NCBI RefSeq assembly: GCF_964194025.1
Contig: NC_134481.1
Span: 7,688,001 to 7,752,000, forward strand
DNA from: Convolutriloba macropyga
Lineage: Eukaryota
Reading direction: 5' to 3'
DNA: 64,000 nucleotides
In this document: positions 49,101 to 61,991 of the stretch, in pieces
Layout of the letters: the number at the start of each line of letters is the position of its first letter
Numbering within the stretch: the first letter of the stretch is position 1
Made by a program: the position numbers and the translations under genes
The notes under the pieces: model-generated
The model's database searches: none
What the model was told of the DNA's origin: nothing
The model's input: the letters and a program-made list of their open reading frames with translations, nothing else

Positions 49101-50399
49101 TGTCTAATCTTTGATTTTGAAAGATATAGAGTCACACTGATATTCTGTGGACATTGCGGCAGGGAAGCAAGGGGATTAAGTAAGTGACAATGAAATGCAT
49201 AGATGTAGAAGAGAATAAACTGTCAAATTAAAATTAAATCTGATAATTAGAACAAACGTTTTCGAACTTTACGTAAATCGTCAGCTTAAAACAGTTTCAC
49301 AAATTTTTAAAAGATAAAATGAATATAAAACTTAATTTGTCTGAGACCACAATTTAAACAATTCTAGTAGCTATCTTAAAATTTAAATCAAATAACTTTT
49401 CCATACATAGTATTTAGTTTTTTTTACAATTTCATAATTACAGCTGTTATCAGTTTCTTGAAAACGATCTAGAATGAAAAAAGTATGGAAATAATATAGA
49501 AAAAATATAGAAAGAATAGAAAGATATAGAAAGGTTTAGAGTGAGAAAATTACTATTCGTGCCAAAGGTTGAGTAACATAACATGAGAAGTGGACACCAT
49601 CTTTACAAAAGAATTTGAGGTCATAAATATGATAAAATTACACTAACAACACACGGGAAGGAACTTAAAAACAGCAGAATCAAGGGTGTTTAGCTCCTTT
49701 TTTGTTCAAGCATATTAATTACTCAGAATTTAACCCTGAGGTTAGATATCTACATGCTGTAAAATGTCAATTAAACTAGTCAGTATTGTTATTTATATAA
49801 CAGTCTTAAAATTGTCGCTGTTCGTTGTCATAGGTAAAAATAGGATTTAAAGGCTCCTATTTTTCTATTAACGGGTACTTTTTTGTGCTGATCGCGCAAA
49901 AACTCTGTTAACACTTCTTTAAAGCAACATTTACTGTGAAAAGCTCTGATTGAAGACGGCAATTTGTTCCATTTTTGAATGCTTTTCAAGACCAAAAATT
50001 TGCTGCTCTACTTCGCTTTTGCTCTCTTTTTTATAATAATTTGACTTGTTCTCTAGTTCTGTCTAGCGCTATGTTGACTGGTAAACATTATAAGATCTTC
50101 TTATGTTTCTCAGAGTCTTATATCTGTTTGTAGCTTCATTAGGTGAATTTTGAGATAAACAACTTGGCTGGCAGTATACGATCCTCAATTAGACGATCAA
50201 TGGAATGGTCACTTTTTTGTCGACGATAACAATCTTTTAATCCCCGGTTAGTTTGCCTGTTTATGCGGCTTATGTTTTGCACTAAATGTTTGAAGGAATA
50301 TTCAACTGACAGAAGAATGGAAAGTTCAACTGAAAACATCAATTCTTACTTTCAAAGGAATTTGATTTCTTACAAGATACAAAGAAAAATTTGACTAGC

Positions 50400-51200
50400 C
50401 ATTTTATTAAAACTGAATTGAGGTAATTTTTAAAGGTTTGCTCAAGTTGTACTACCAGATAACGAGAAGCATGAGCTGGTTTGATAACTTCAACTTTAGT
50501 TAACTCTGGATCCGAATTAGTTTGATTTGTGAAGATTTACATCTCTTTTTCATCGGCATTTAAAGTGAGTTGATTCTCTGTCCGGCATCTGTCTGTTGGT
50601 TCAATATTTTTTCGTTTTGTGGAATAGTTTCAATACTTTCAAATTTGCACAAAGTACTCGTTTCATTGACAAATTGAACAGCATCATTTTCGCTTTCCAG
50701 TTTTTCAGAAAAATTGTTGAAATATAACAGAAAAACAACAAGTCCTTGTGGAACACCATGAATAAAAGTTTTTTTTGTCTGATAAGTCAATACCCAATTT
50801 TTTTTCGCATTGTAATCGAATTGAGAGAAAAGATTTAAAGGTTTGACAATTAAAATTGTCGATAGAAAGGGATTGAAATTTTCAGTTTTCTTGAAAAAGA
50901 TCCCACGTGAAATTGAATCGAAAATTTTAGCGAGATCTAAGAACAGAGCAACTCTGTTGTTTTGATATTCCAAAATTACTATTATTTCATCAATAAAGTA
51001 AATCACAGCATCAATAGACGATTTTCTAGATTTCTAGATGGGGAACCAAATTGTTTTTTGTTCAAATGCGCATTTTTTTCATAATATTCTACTAACTGAT
51101 AAGTAATTGAAAGTCTTTCAAACTTTTTTGCAAAAGTTGGTGTTACAGAAATGGGACGCGAATTAGTTGCAACAGAAACTTCTCCTTTACTGTTGCTCCA
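50400..51200 (-). mobile_element. Decayed LINE RT fragment (3' part of the outer element)
   Basis: NSRPISVTPTFAKKFERL, QFG, LFLDLAKIFDSI, HGVPQG. Confidence 0.85.
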
Positions 51201-51289
51201 AAGTCTTTGAGAAGATAAATTTTGACGCGCTCTACGAGACTGTGAAAGATTGTGTACATGCAACCCAGTATGGAGTTAGAAAGAATGGA

Positions 51290-52007
51290 TCAGCTTAACT
51301 TCAACTTTTGACCACCCTGGATAAACTTTATGATTTCAACGACACTGAGTCGCATGAACAAATATGTGTACTGTATATTGACTTTGCGAAAAGGAATTTG
51401 ACAATGTATCACTCGACCTTGTGATTGGAAATTTGGCTATCTTTGGAATCGGTGGAAAACTGCTGAAGCTTTTTGTGTCCTTTTTGACCGACAGAACCCA
51501 GTTTGTTCAAATAAACGATCTCAAATTGAATTTGCGGAAAGTAAATAGTGGTGTGCCCCAAGGCTCAAATAGGGCCGTTCTTTTTCTTAAAGTTCATTAA
51601 TGACTTGCCTGACGTAATACCTCAACGGGACAGTTTCGGTTATGCCGTTGATCACAAAGCCTTTTTCAGTGCTCACAGCGGAATTGACCTTGCAGTGAAT
51701 GCATTCGCTATATGGCTAAAGGAAAAAAATGTCTGTTAACATCATTAAGACAAATATTATGAACCTGAATGGCAAAATGACAGCTAGTCTATATAACCAG
51801 TGTATTCCCGTTACAGGGTAATGTCCTTTTTCCCGCTAATCTCAGAAAGAATTGGGACTGATAGTGAATGACTCTCTGAACTGGACAGCGAACTGCAGCA
51901 AAAGATGCACTAAGGGGTTGAGTGCCCTTTTTCAAATCAAGGAAAACTTAATTGAGAAAACTCACCAGAAGACTGAACTAAACATGTACAATAAACGTGT
52001 TGCACAT

Positions 52008-52008
<1 letters not shown>
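51290..52008 (+). mobile_element. Decayed LINE RT fragment (CR1/L2-like)
   Basis: LYIDFAK, SGVPQGS, FINDLPD, YAVDHK, GLIVNDSLNW across frameshifts. Confidence 0.85.
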
Positions 52009-52040
<32 letters not shown>

Positions 52041-55000
52041 GGGAATTTACGATTACATTTCAAGGGGTCGTTCTGAGAGAATTGTCCTCAAATTTCTGCA
52101 TTGGTGATAATCGCAACACAGTTGCCACGTGCAGATATTTTGAGTGTTGAACAATTTATTAACAAACTTCCACATCAAGTTTAGTATTCGGTTTTTCAGT
52201 CCTCGCGGTTCTATGAAATTTATTTCTTTGTCCATTCGGTTTTCTAGTCTGCAGTTTCTGAAAACGAATTCGTTTTGCATATTTTCGAGCCTTACTTTTT
52301 TGAGAGTGTACAATTCTGTGGATCTTTCTTGAATTTTGTTTATTTCAGGTAATTCAATATCGTCTCTGCCTTCTTGAGTAAGCTTTGAGAGGGTGAGGAG
52401 ATCGTTCATCTGCATATACATTGGTAATGGCAAGGTGTTCAAAAGCCTCTGTGATACTCATAGGGCTCGTTTTGTCCTGTTATTCACCTAACTGCTTTCC
52501 GCTGGAGTTTTTCAAGATTGCCTCAACCAGATATTGAGGGCGTGGTACAGTTGATTCCGTGTAACAGGAGTGGCAGAACCAGCGATTTGTATAATCCCAG
52601 TTTTATGAAGGGTTTTACGGCATAGGCGACATTCCTTTTTATCAAGTAAAAGACTCTGTTGGCTTTATTTAGAATAGCATTTATATGAGCCGACTATGTC
52701 AGTTTCTTACTGACGTTTTTACCAAGGTCCTTGACTGTTTGCAGAGAGTTCACATTTTGATTTACGAGTTCAAAATCTTTTTCTAGCCCTCTTATGTTTA
52801 GTATTGCATTTATTTCGACTGCAAGTTTCATTTTGTTTGTCGCTGCCAAATTTTGTACTGCACTTATGTCCTCCTGGAATTCGGTGTCACTGTATCCTAT
52901 TGAGAGGATCTTCAGGTCATCGGCAAACAGGTATAGATCGCTAAATCTTAGGACATCTGGGAGGTCGTTGATGAGTATACAGAACAGAAGAGATCCTTGG
53001 GGGACGCCACTTGTGATTTCAAGAATCCTGGAGCTTCTTTTTATCAGCTCTGACGAATTGTCTTCTACTGTGGAGATAGCCAAACTTCGAGGAAACATCC
53101 TCCCACACCAATTTGACCTACTTTTATGAGCGATTCTTTATGCGGTACTTTGTTGAATGTTTTGGAGAAGTCAGAGTAGAAGGGAACTATGTTGTCACTT
53201 GTGTTCTTGTCCAATGCCTCGTAAATCTTTTGCAGGAAGGATAGCATATTTGTAGTTACAGATCTATCTTGAGAAAACCATGGTGATGCTTGCTCAAGTG
53301 TTTTTCAGTGTTAATATAGTGATTCGTACATGCATTTTTTGAAAATTTTACCGTCGATATTCAGTAGAGAAAGCGGACGATAAATCGTGACCAACCTCCT
53401 GTCGCCATTTTTATATATAGGGGTGACTTATGCGATTTTCCATTGGTCGGGAAATTTTCTCAGGCGCTTTATGTTCTTAAAGACTAGGTATAAGACGTCA
53501 GTCAATGGTTTCGCTGTTTTATGTTAGAAGATAGGGGGTACCCGTTAGGGCTTCTAGTCATAGTGATATCGAGCTCCAATTGTATTCGATTAATTTTTTG
53601 CTCTTTTAGATACAGAAGTTTGTTAAAGTTGGGTTTATAGAATTGATGTCTTCTATGCTAAAATAATGTTTAGGAGTGTAGACAGAATAAAAGAAGTTTT
53701 TTATTAAGTTCACGTTGTCTTCAATATTGGATGCTCATCTTCAACCATTGATTAGAACTTTTGGGAGGTTTGGTGACTTATTAAGACTTTTGAGATGTTG
53801 GAAGATCACACTGGTGTCTCTGGTGCTCAATATTTTCTCCTGATAATTACACCAATCTATTTATGCGGCCTCTGTCACAACGTTTTGAAACGATGAGGTC
53901 ACTCAACTAGAAAACTGATTGCCTTGTGATCTGAGCAGTTATTTTTTTTTGCGAATTTTTCGTCAAGAGTGGAGTGCATGTGACAATTTCGATAGAAGGC
54001 AACGTCCAGTTTTTTGTTTTCGCGGGTGTTAAAACCAATACTTTGAAGAAAAAAGTTATTTTCAAAGAGTTCTAGTATTTCCTTTTTGTCAATGTCTTCA
54101 TTTGAGAAGTTGTGACCATTTTTGTTAGGAAAATTAAGATCTCCACAGATTATTCCTGTAATGTTTTTTAGTAGGTCTGACAGAATTGTTCCAAAGTCCA
54201 CTTGTGTGTATCTGTACCCACTTCTTTGCGGGGGGTTGTAGAACACAAAAATAAAAAGCCGAGTTTGTTAATTTCTAGTCTGCAGGTGAGCGAACAGGCG
54301 GGTTGGTCAGTATTAAATTGTTCAGATGCTAGGCTGTTTTTGATGGCAATGAATGCCCCTCCGTGAGTTTTGTTTTCCGCATCTTGTTTTCTGTTTGATC
54401 TATATATGTTGTAGTTGTCTAAGAGTAGTTCAGATGATGAAATGTTGCCTTTTAACCATGTTTCGCGAGCACAAATAAAGCTATAGTCGTTGAGCATTAC
54501 TGCATTAGCAAATTTCGATCTTTTTTCAGGAGTTTTATCCAAGTTGATTTAGCTCCGTTATTTGGGTTGTCACTGCAATTCGATTTATCACTTCGTTCAC
54601 TTCATTCGTAGTGGGGAAAAGATTCTCGGCTTCGAATTTGTCGGGGTCTTCTGGAATCCCTTGTATTCGAATGCTTTTTTTGATATTGTGATCCAAGTCA
54701 GGCGGCTCTTTGGAGTGTGCTTTGGATAAAGTAACTATATTTCTTCGCTGGACGGCAACAGCTTCCGCATAGTTCTAATCTACTTTTTCGCATGCAGATT
54801 TAATGGCATTATCTTCTCTTGTATCAACGACTGCTGTTATTGTCTCTTCCTTTGTCTGCAATTTTTGTTAATCTCCTGCGTTTCTGTTTCAATCTTTTCA
54901 TTCATCTTGTCAATCTTTCGACATTTTATGAAGTTGTCTCTTTCCTTATTATTCAGACATTTTACACAGAGACGCATTGCCAGTTGACCCACTTCTTTGA

Positions 55001-55260
55001 GACCTTTAAAAGCAACTTGCGTAAGTCCAGTACAACTTGGCTCGAAGTGCATATGATTATTACAGGCGACAAATATGTATCTTGGCAATGTTTGATTTAA
55101 CACTTTTTTTACGTATAGCAACTTTTTGACATTGTTAAGGGGGGATAAATAAAGCGAGACTCAAGGAACAGAAGGCTAGATAATGCTAAAAGTCTGGACA
55201 ACTAAATCCAGCCTCTTAACAACAGAAGAAGAGTCGATACAAAGTTTTGTTCAAAGCCTG
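52009..55260 (-). mobile_element. Near-full-length but frameshifted CR1/L2-type LINE with PHD-finger ORF1 and (CAA)n tail
   Basis: ORF1 C..H...C...C..C PHD-like (54837-55121); APE motifs ETWL, HGG, GDLN, SDH; RT motifs DFSKTFNKVPH, SGVPQGS, FADD; Cys-rich C-terminus; (TTG)11 at 52009-52041. Confidence 0.9.
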
Positions 55261-56014
55261 GACATTTTAATCCAGTCTTTTCACAAAAAATTACTATAAA
55301 TTATTCGGTGTCCTGAGTTTCTTCCAGTTTCTGTCGTTTTGCTATTCGTTGTTGCTCGTTCGGCTTCTTTCGTTTCTTTAAGTGTCTATTGAGCTCTATA
55401 CCGTTATTGATAACAATTCCGAGACTGTGAATTTCTAAGGAATATTGTTGGTGAGGCTCGTTGTACTCGTTGGTCTGTGAGCTGTCTTTTCGTTTACTGT
55501 TAGACATGAGAACACCTTGTCTACATTGACAACCGGTATGTTAAGAGTTTGCAGCTTTGATTGTATGCCGGGTGCAACCTCTCGCTCGTAATACACAACA
55601 CCTACTATTTGTTTTAAAGCCCGAATTTCCTTCAGCAGTTGAGCAGATGACAGGGATGTTCGGGAGTCGAAAGAATGATCTGTTTTAGTGTTGCTTATAA
55701 CGTCGTGCAAAACAATAAATTCTTGTCCGTAATTGAAATCTTAGATGATGTTCTGTAGCAATTTCCTTGGGTTTCTTGCAAAGTGGATGTAGAGAAATAC
55801 CAGTGTCACTGTAGACGTTTGCTGATAGTGTCTCTGCTTTTTGTTGTAGGTGAGTGGTCTCATGTTTGTAGTGCGTGGTGGAATGAACTGTAGTGCGTGG
55901 TGTATTGCTCCAGTAATGATAGGTACCATCAGAAAGATAAGGGGACCATCTCGGCTGCCCCGTAATCCATGTTAATCTGAAACTTGGATGCATCACAGAC
56001 TAGATGTGCATCAC

Positions 56015-56625
56015 AAGCTTGGATGCCAAGCAAAATGAATACTGAGCAATTGGAAAATGTTCAAAAAAGGCCACAAATTGGATCCCTTCTTCAATCGAAG
56101 ACCAAACTGGACAGAGAACTGCAGCAAAAGGTGCTCTAAGGGGTTGAGTGCCCTTTTTCAAAACAAAAGAAACTTAAGTGAGAAAACTCATGGACGACGA
56201 AACTAAACGGGTGCACTGGGTACGTAGTGCTTATGCGTAGTTTCTTCTGAGACGGTATTTCGCAAGTGGGAATTCAACGCTCACTCCTTGTCTCGTGAAG
56301 TATTGTTCATCGCCATGAACAAGTAGTTGATAGTCGAACTTATTGTTGCTGATGTCAGTGAACATCAGAAAGTCGTCTTACTCCATGCATTGTGAAAGAG
56401 GAAGAAAGTTGAGTGTACGGAAACGAAAACGGTCTTTGTAGTCTTCGTATGAGGAATTGATCCATTTTGTGGCCTTCTTTTGAACATTTTCCAATTGTTC
56501 ATTTTGCTTGGCATCCAACCTTGTGATGCATATGTGAGCATAGGAACTACGTACCCAGTGTACGCGTTTAGTTTCGTGCCAAATGCGACAAAAGCGTTCA
56601 GACTGATATCTACTGGAATTACGAA
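56015..56625. mobile_element. Scrambled LINE RT C-terminal fragments in both orientations
   Basis: 56105-56230 repeats 51880-51990; 56018-56085 is the reverse complement of 56460-56520; YTGYVVPMLTYASQGWMP and LENVQKKATKWI motifs. Confidence 0.8.
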
Positions 56626-56789
56626 CAAGCCTACTCCCCGACGAACAAATGCACATGGAGATTCCAATGCCGATGCATGAATTACATTATTGCTACAAAG
56701 CTAATGGTCAAACTGAAACTTGACTCACTAATGGGTGGAAACCCATAAACTGTGCTAAAAATTTTATTCTACTACTGCTACTACATATC

Positions 56790-57210
56790 ATACAACAGAA
56801 ACATATCCTTTTCAACAGAAACATATCCTGAGGAATTATTGGAAAATTTTTCTCTTGCATACAATCGTTATCGTTAAATATAAACTGAAGATGTGTTCCA
56901 ACAGCATATTTTCCGGATTTCAATGCCCAAGCATTGATATATCCCGGCAGTGGCGCTTTGTTCTTTAGGTCGTCAATAACTTTATAGATTTGCCTCAAAG
57001 TAAAAGGTCTAAAGTTAAACTCCGCTCTATTTTTTCACCGATCAATGGAACAATCTGCCCTCTGTAGACGCCCATTTCGCTAAAAACTGTTAAAAGCGTT
57101 ACAGATTGACTTTTTGTCTTTCGTTTTTGACATTTTTCATCAACTTCAGTGATGTTTGGACTTATGTTTCTTTCCAATTTGTTTCCTAATGAAGGTTGAT
57201 TACACGGCAA
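56790..57210 (-). mobile_element. Decayed LINE ORF2 fragment upstream of RT (5' part of the outer element)
   Basis: IDDLKNKAPLPGYINAWALK...LQFIFN...FP resembles the KxPGPDxI..IFN..FP region preceding NYRPIS. Confidence 0.7.
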
Positions 57211-57862
57211 GTTTGCACTGAGATAAATTAAAATTAAGATAAGTTAATAATTTTAAAAAGAAAAAAAAATTGGCAAGATACAACCTGTTGACGGAGATTG
57301 TCTCTTGGGCTTGTGAGCCAACGTCAAGAATTGTGAGCCAGCATCATCGAGATCATAACATATGAAGCTATTTAATGAGTTTATTACAACGGTGAGGCAC
57401 GATTTCTAATTGGCAATTTGAAAGTGGCCCAAAATTTATATAAAATAAGTCTCTAGATCCTACTCACCGTCTTGACTCTTTGACGTCGATATTACAAAGA
57501 AGAGGCTAACTTAATATTAAGGCAAGGCTCACTGTAATTTAAGAAAAATCTTTGCTGTGATGACTGCACCCTTGAATGAAAACTTCGCTGGAAAGAAAAT
57601 AACTTTTTTCGCTTTAAATATTCTTAAAATTCTTAAGTAAATAGAAGAAAAATAAATTGGCAGGGTGGGTGATGTTTTTAAAGTTTTTATATATGCTAAA
57701 ATACAGACGTCTCTCTAATCTCTGTTCAATTTTAAAACGTCTGAGACTGTGAAAGCAAAGTTACAGAACTTGAACTATCTACTCCGATGAGCATCAGCTG
57801 TAGTAAATCTGCTTCTAGAGCTGTTTTCATTCAGCGGAATATTTTTCCGTTTGAGGTTTGAC

Positions 57863-58411
57863 ATGATGTACATCGTCCACTACCATGCTCCAATCGGTGA
57901 TATAACTTTAAGATTCGGTGCTTCAGGGAAATTGAGGGAGGTCTTAGTCAGTCCCGATTTCATAAAAGTTGAGAGCAATCTAACTACAAAGACTTCCCCC
58001 AAACAAAATTGTCAGAATGATGTTTCCTCAGCATGTGTTTGCTGGTTAAACAACTATTTCTTGGGAATTAATCAAGAACCTATCGCGGAGGAGTATCTTG
58101 AGATATCTCAGTTTTCTACTTTTTCGAGAGAGGTTTATTCTACTCTTTTGAAGTCAGTTAAAGTAGGAAATGTGGTATCATATTCTCAACTTTCTGCTCT
58201 CACAACTGGAAAGTCTTGTTCTTCCAGGGCTGTTGGAAATTCGATGCGAAACAATCCTTTGCCAATTTTCATCCCATGTCATCGCGTTGTTCCAGCATCA
58301 TATTTCACTGCGCCGTCAGCCAAAAAGTCATGTGGAAGCTATTGCGGCAAGAAATCCAGCACAGTAAAAGAGTGGCTTATAGCTCATGAAAAGGAAATGA
58401 TCAACTCCTAG
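57863..58411 (+). CDS. MGMT: O6-methylguanine-DNA methyltransferase (Ogt/MGMT), single coding exon
   Basis: APIG, FSREVY, GNVVSYSQL, RAVGNSMRNNPLPIFIPCHRVV active site, KEWLIAHE; first ATG at 57863 (ORF track start is TTG). Confidence 0.96.
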   Translation: MMYIVHYHAPIGDITLRFGASGKLREVLVSPDFIKVESNLTTKTSPKQNCQNDVSSACVCWLNNYFLGINQEPIAEEYLEISQFSTFSREVYSTLLKSVKVGNVVSYSQLSALTTGKSCSSRAVGNSMRNNPLPIFIPCHRVVPASYFTAPSAKKSCGSYCGKKSSTVKEWLIAHEKEMINS

Positions 58412-61400
58412 CTTTTGGTAAACCAAGAAAAGCAACTGTTATTGTGCTCTACCTTTGACAGATCCTAGTTTTAGAATTAGCTAGTGAATTGTGAAAATTT
58501 TCGTTTTCTACAATTCTTAAAATTTTGAGCCGATAACGTTAGTATTCATTCCATCAGTAAATTTTTACGGCTGGTGTATAGGTTCATTTTACATTCGACT
58601 AAATATTTAAGATGCCGATCACTTGCGGTTTTGGGTTCTTTGAAGATGCTGATCACAAGTGAATGCGGTTTTGGGCTATTTGAAGACCAAGCTTGATCTG
58701 ATGAAATTGCTGAATTGATGGATCTCGAACTGCGTAGGCACTGTTAATTGCTCTGAAACAGAGTTTATAGCAATTAATTTGAAACTGGTATTCGGTTCAA
58801 TTTTTTCTGCAATTCAAAGAAGTTGCATTATATTGGGTCGCTGTCTCGAAGAGTATTGGCGGAGCATTTTTGTTGATCAGTTATTTTGTTGACGTGTATT
58901 TAAAACAGGACGTTAAAGTCAATGCCGCCCGTGAAAACTAAATGTTTTGGTCAAACTGCTGAACGAATTGAAGAGCAGAAAGAATAGAGCGATTTTCTGC
59001 TCCTGCAGCGTTTCTGAGAGCGAGAAAATTTTGAAAAATTTTCGTTAAGTGAGTAGATTTTATATCACGTGCTGCTTTCGTTTAGTTTTATAGTTTTTAC
59101 TTTTCGAGTGAAGTGATCCTAAATCATATTCACAAGTAACAGTCCGTTTGGGTGCATTTTTGATAATCTAAATCAAATATAAGAGTTTTATATGCAATTT
59201 TGAGCTATTTTTTTTATTTCGCCCATTTTTGTTTTAGACACCTTTTAGCGGTTTTTGTCCTTTTTTTTATGTTTTTAGCATCTGGAGTAATTTTTGGAGA
59301 TTGAAATTATTTTCTAGGTTGCGTTTCGTTGATATCATTTTAAACTTGTTTTTAGTAGAAAAACATATGACAAAATTAAGCAGTTTTTGCCATTTTTTCC
59401 TACTCAGCTGCTTACTTAAGCAGTTGTTGGTATATTAAAGGTTTTGATAGAAGCTATTTTCATTTAAAAAATTAGTCAATTCTACAGTTTTTTTTAGAGT
59501 TTTTACTAGTTGCTAATGTTATAAATGTGTTCAGTGCGTTTGATTGTCGTGTAGGTGCTCAACGAGTAAACAAGAACAGTTCCTTAAGGTCTGTTCGAAA
59601 AGTTCGGAGACTTTGTAATTTTAAAAAATATTAATTTTGTCCCTCAATTCTTTTTTACCTTTGATGTTTCAAATTAAATGATATGAAGTTAATAGTTTTT
59701 TTAATCAGTTAGTGGATGTTTAGAGTGTGTAAGTTTAATACTACTTCGAGCCGTTTCCCGAGTCTTCGGGCCATGTTTTTAAGATCTGTGCATGCATTTT
59801 CATGATTTTTGAAATCAAATTGACTCGATTATTTTGGACACGCCAAAACAGGAAGTTGATTGTTCCAATCAAGAAATGTTTGAACAAATGCGGCAATTTG
59901 AATTTGATTTTTGCTGTTTTTTCAATTTTTTTTCTCAGAGTTTTTTCTAAAAAGTTTTTCCAATCCATTCAGAGTCCGTTCTTGGTCTAGTTTTTTTGTT
60001 TAGTCAATGAAATTTCTTTGAATTTTTTATGAGTTCTCCTGCTATCTTTTATACTTCCACAACAAATTGAAAAAGGGGATGTGATCCACCTAATGCACGG
60101 AACAGTGAGCCCCCACTATGAAACATCACAGCAGCGTATTCAAATTTACCGCAAAGAGCGCACTGTATTTTAAACTTACATTTATTGCTAGGCTATAGGA
60201 GCCTCGTCGAAGCGTTGAATGAATACTATGCTACTAGGTGTCTAGCCTTCCCTCCCTCACGACAACACTACAGGTATTATCAGCCACCTCACTTTTATGC
60301 CCTGGCCACACCTAAGGCAAGCCCACGCGAGTTGGTTGAGTGCACAGCCGTGCCAGGTCGATGCTCGGAACATTGTCTCGGTGGGGTTTGCACGATGACT
60401 ATTATGAGGTACTTTTTCATTATAAAAAAATTGTTTAAGTATTGTATGAAACTACGCGTCGTGTTTAAAACTTTGCGAAGAGGGTAACTTTTTTCAATTC
60501 TCGACTTTTTTAACTAGTAGTTACCCATTTGATTTTTTTTTTGAAAAAAGGTTTGAGCTGTTTTATTTAATTGCTCTCGAACGAAGTTTGAAGCAATTAT
60601 TGTAGTCACGTTTAATTTTATGCTTCATTCAAATGTTTTGGGAGAAAGTTTTGAGTTCTGTGGCCTTCTTCAGTTTTGCATGATCTAAAATACTATTAGC
60701 TCAACTTGAAATTCAAAATTTTATCAGTGGTCTATAATTAGCTCCTGTCATCATTTGAGGTCCCGTCAGTTGCCCTCACCTGTTTAAAATATAGGCGTTT
60801 AGCTAACCTCTTGATTTTCCCCTAGACCTTATCTCTGTTTGTAGTTTCATTGAGCTAACTTTGGAGATGAATAGTTCAGCTGACAGGACGTGGTCTTTCT
60901 GGAGGTTATCTGAAAAAACCCATTATGTGAATGTTTTCAGTTATGCAATTTTGCTGACTACTGTTTTTCATCAATGTTAAAAGATAAAATCATTGGGAGC
61001 TTTGTATTTTGCAAGTTTTAAGCTACAAACTTCTCTAAAGAAAAATATTTTTGCGGTCTTTGTTAACAATTCTTTTAGCCACCTTTTTGACGTGTATAAT
61101 CCATTCTTAAGTCTCCAAATAACAATCTAAGTGTATTTGAAATGCTCCGCTTTAATAATTGGTCGTTACCAAAATTCGTAGATAGTTTATTTCTTGAGTG
61201 GTCTGTATCCAAACATTTACGAGACGTTAATTTTGTTCCGATTTTCTAGTTAGTTTCGACTGAGGCGGTTTTTGTTCTTTCTACATTTTGTATGCTAAAG
61301 ACAATATATAAAAATTCTGCAAAAAGAAAACAGCATAGCTCCAGCGCTGCTTTTATTTCGCATAATTTTTTGGAAGCATTTAAAAAAAATTGGCTGTTTT

Positions 61401-61991
61401 TCCAGTTTTTTTGTTATTGATTTAGTTGATTTTCATATAATGATTTCTAGAAGTTATTAGTAAGAATGAAGAAGTAATGACAGATTAAGTGAGTCCAAGT
61501 ATGTTCCTGGATAAACTTTTTGGATTGTTTTTCAAGGTTTTGCGGTTGTGTTTTTAAAATCAGTTTTGGCTTTACGATTTTTGACTTTCTCATTTAATCT
61601 TCCGACAACCAAGTTTTTAAGCTCAAAAGTTGAGTGCTGACGCCATGAACATTGTGTCTGAAAGTATGCTACTTTAAACCTGAAAAATATCAAGATTGAG
61701 AGTTTTTAAAGTTTCCAGTTTTCAGATAACAGGTCACGTTTGCTTTATCTACTTTGAAATATGTTTTTTTTAGTGTCTGGGTTGCAAAAACACTGCTATC
61801 AAACTATTCAGCCCATTTTTCTAGTGTTTATAGTAGTTTTATTCCATATGCATGTCATTGAATTTAACTAATCCTTTTGTCCATCTGACCGTATTGTGAC
61901 TATTGATATCAAACCGCTATTGATATTGTTTTTTTCGGATAATCAATTTTATAATATTTATGTTGAGAATCTAAGTTTTTTTAGATGTGTA

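Noticed and set aside
49143-49160. FCGHCG as a thioredoxin active site for PDIA6
   Set aside because: Wrong strand and no surrounding thioredoxin-fold similarity
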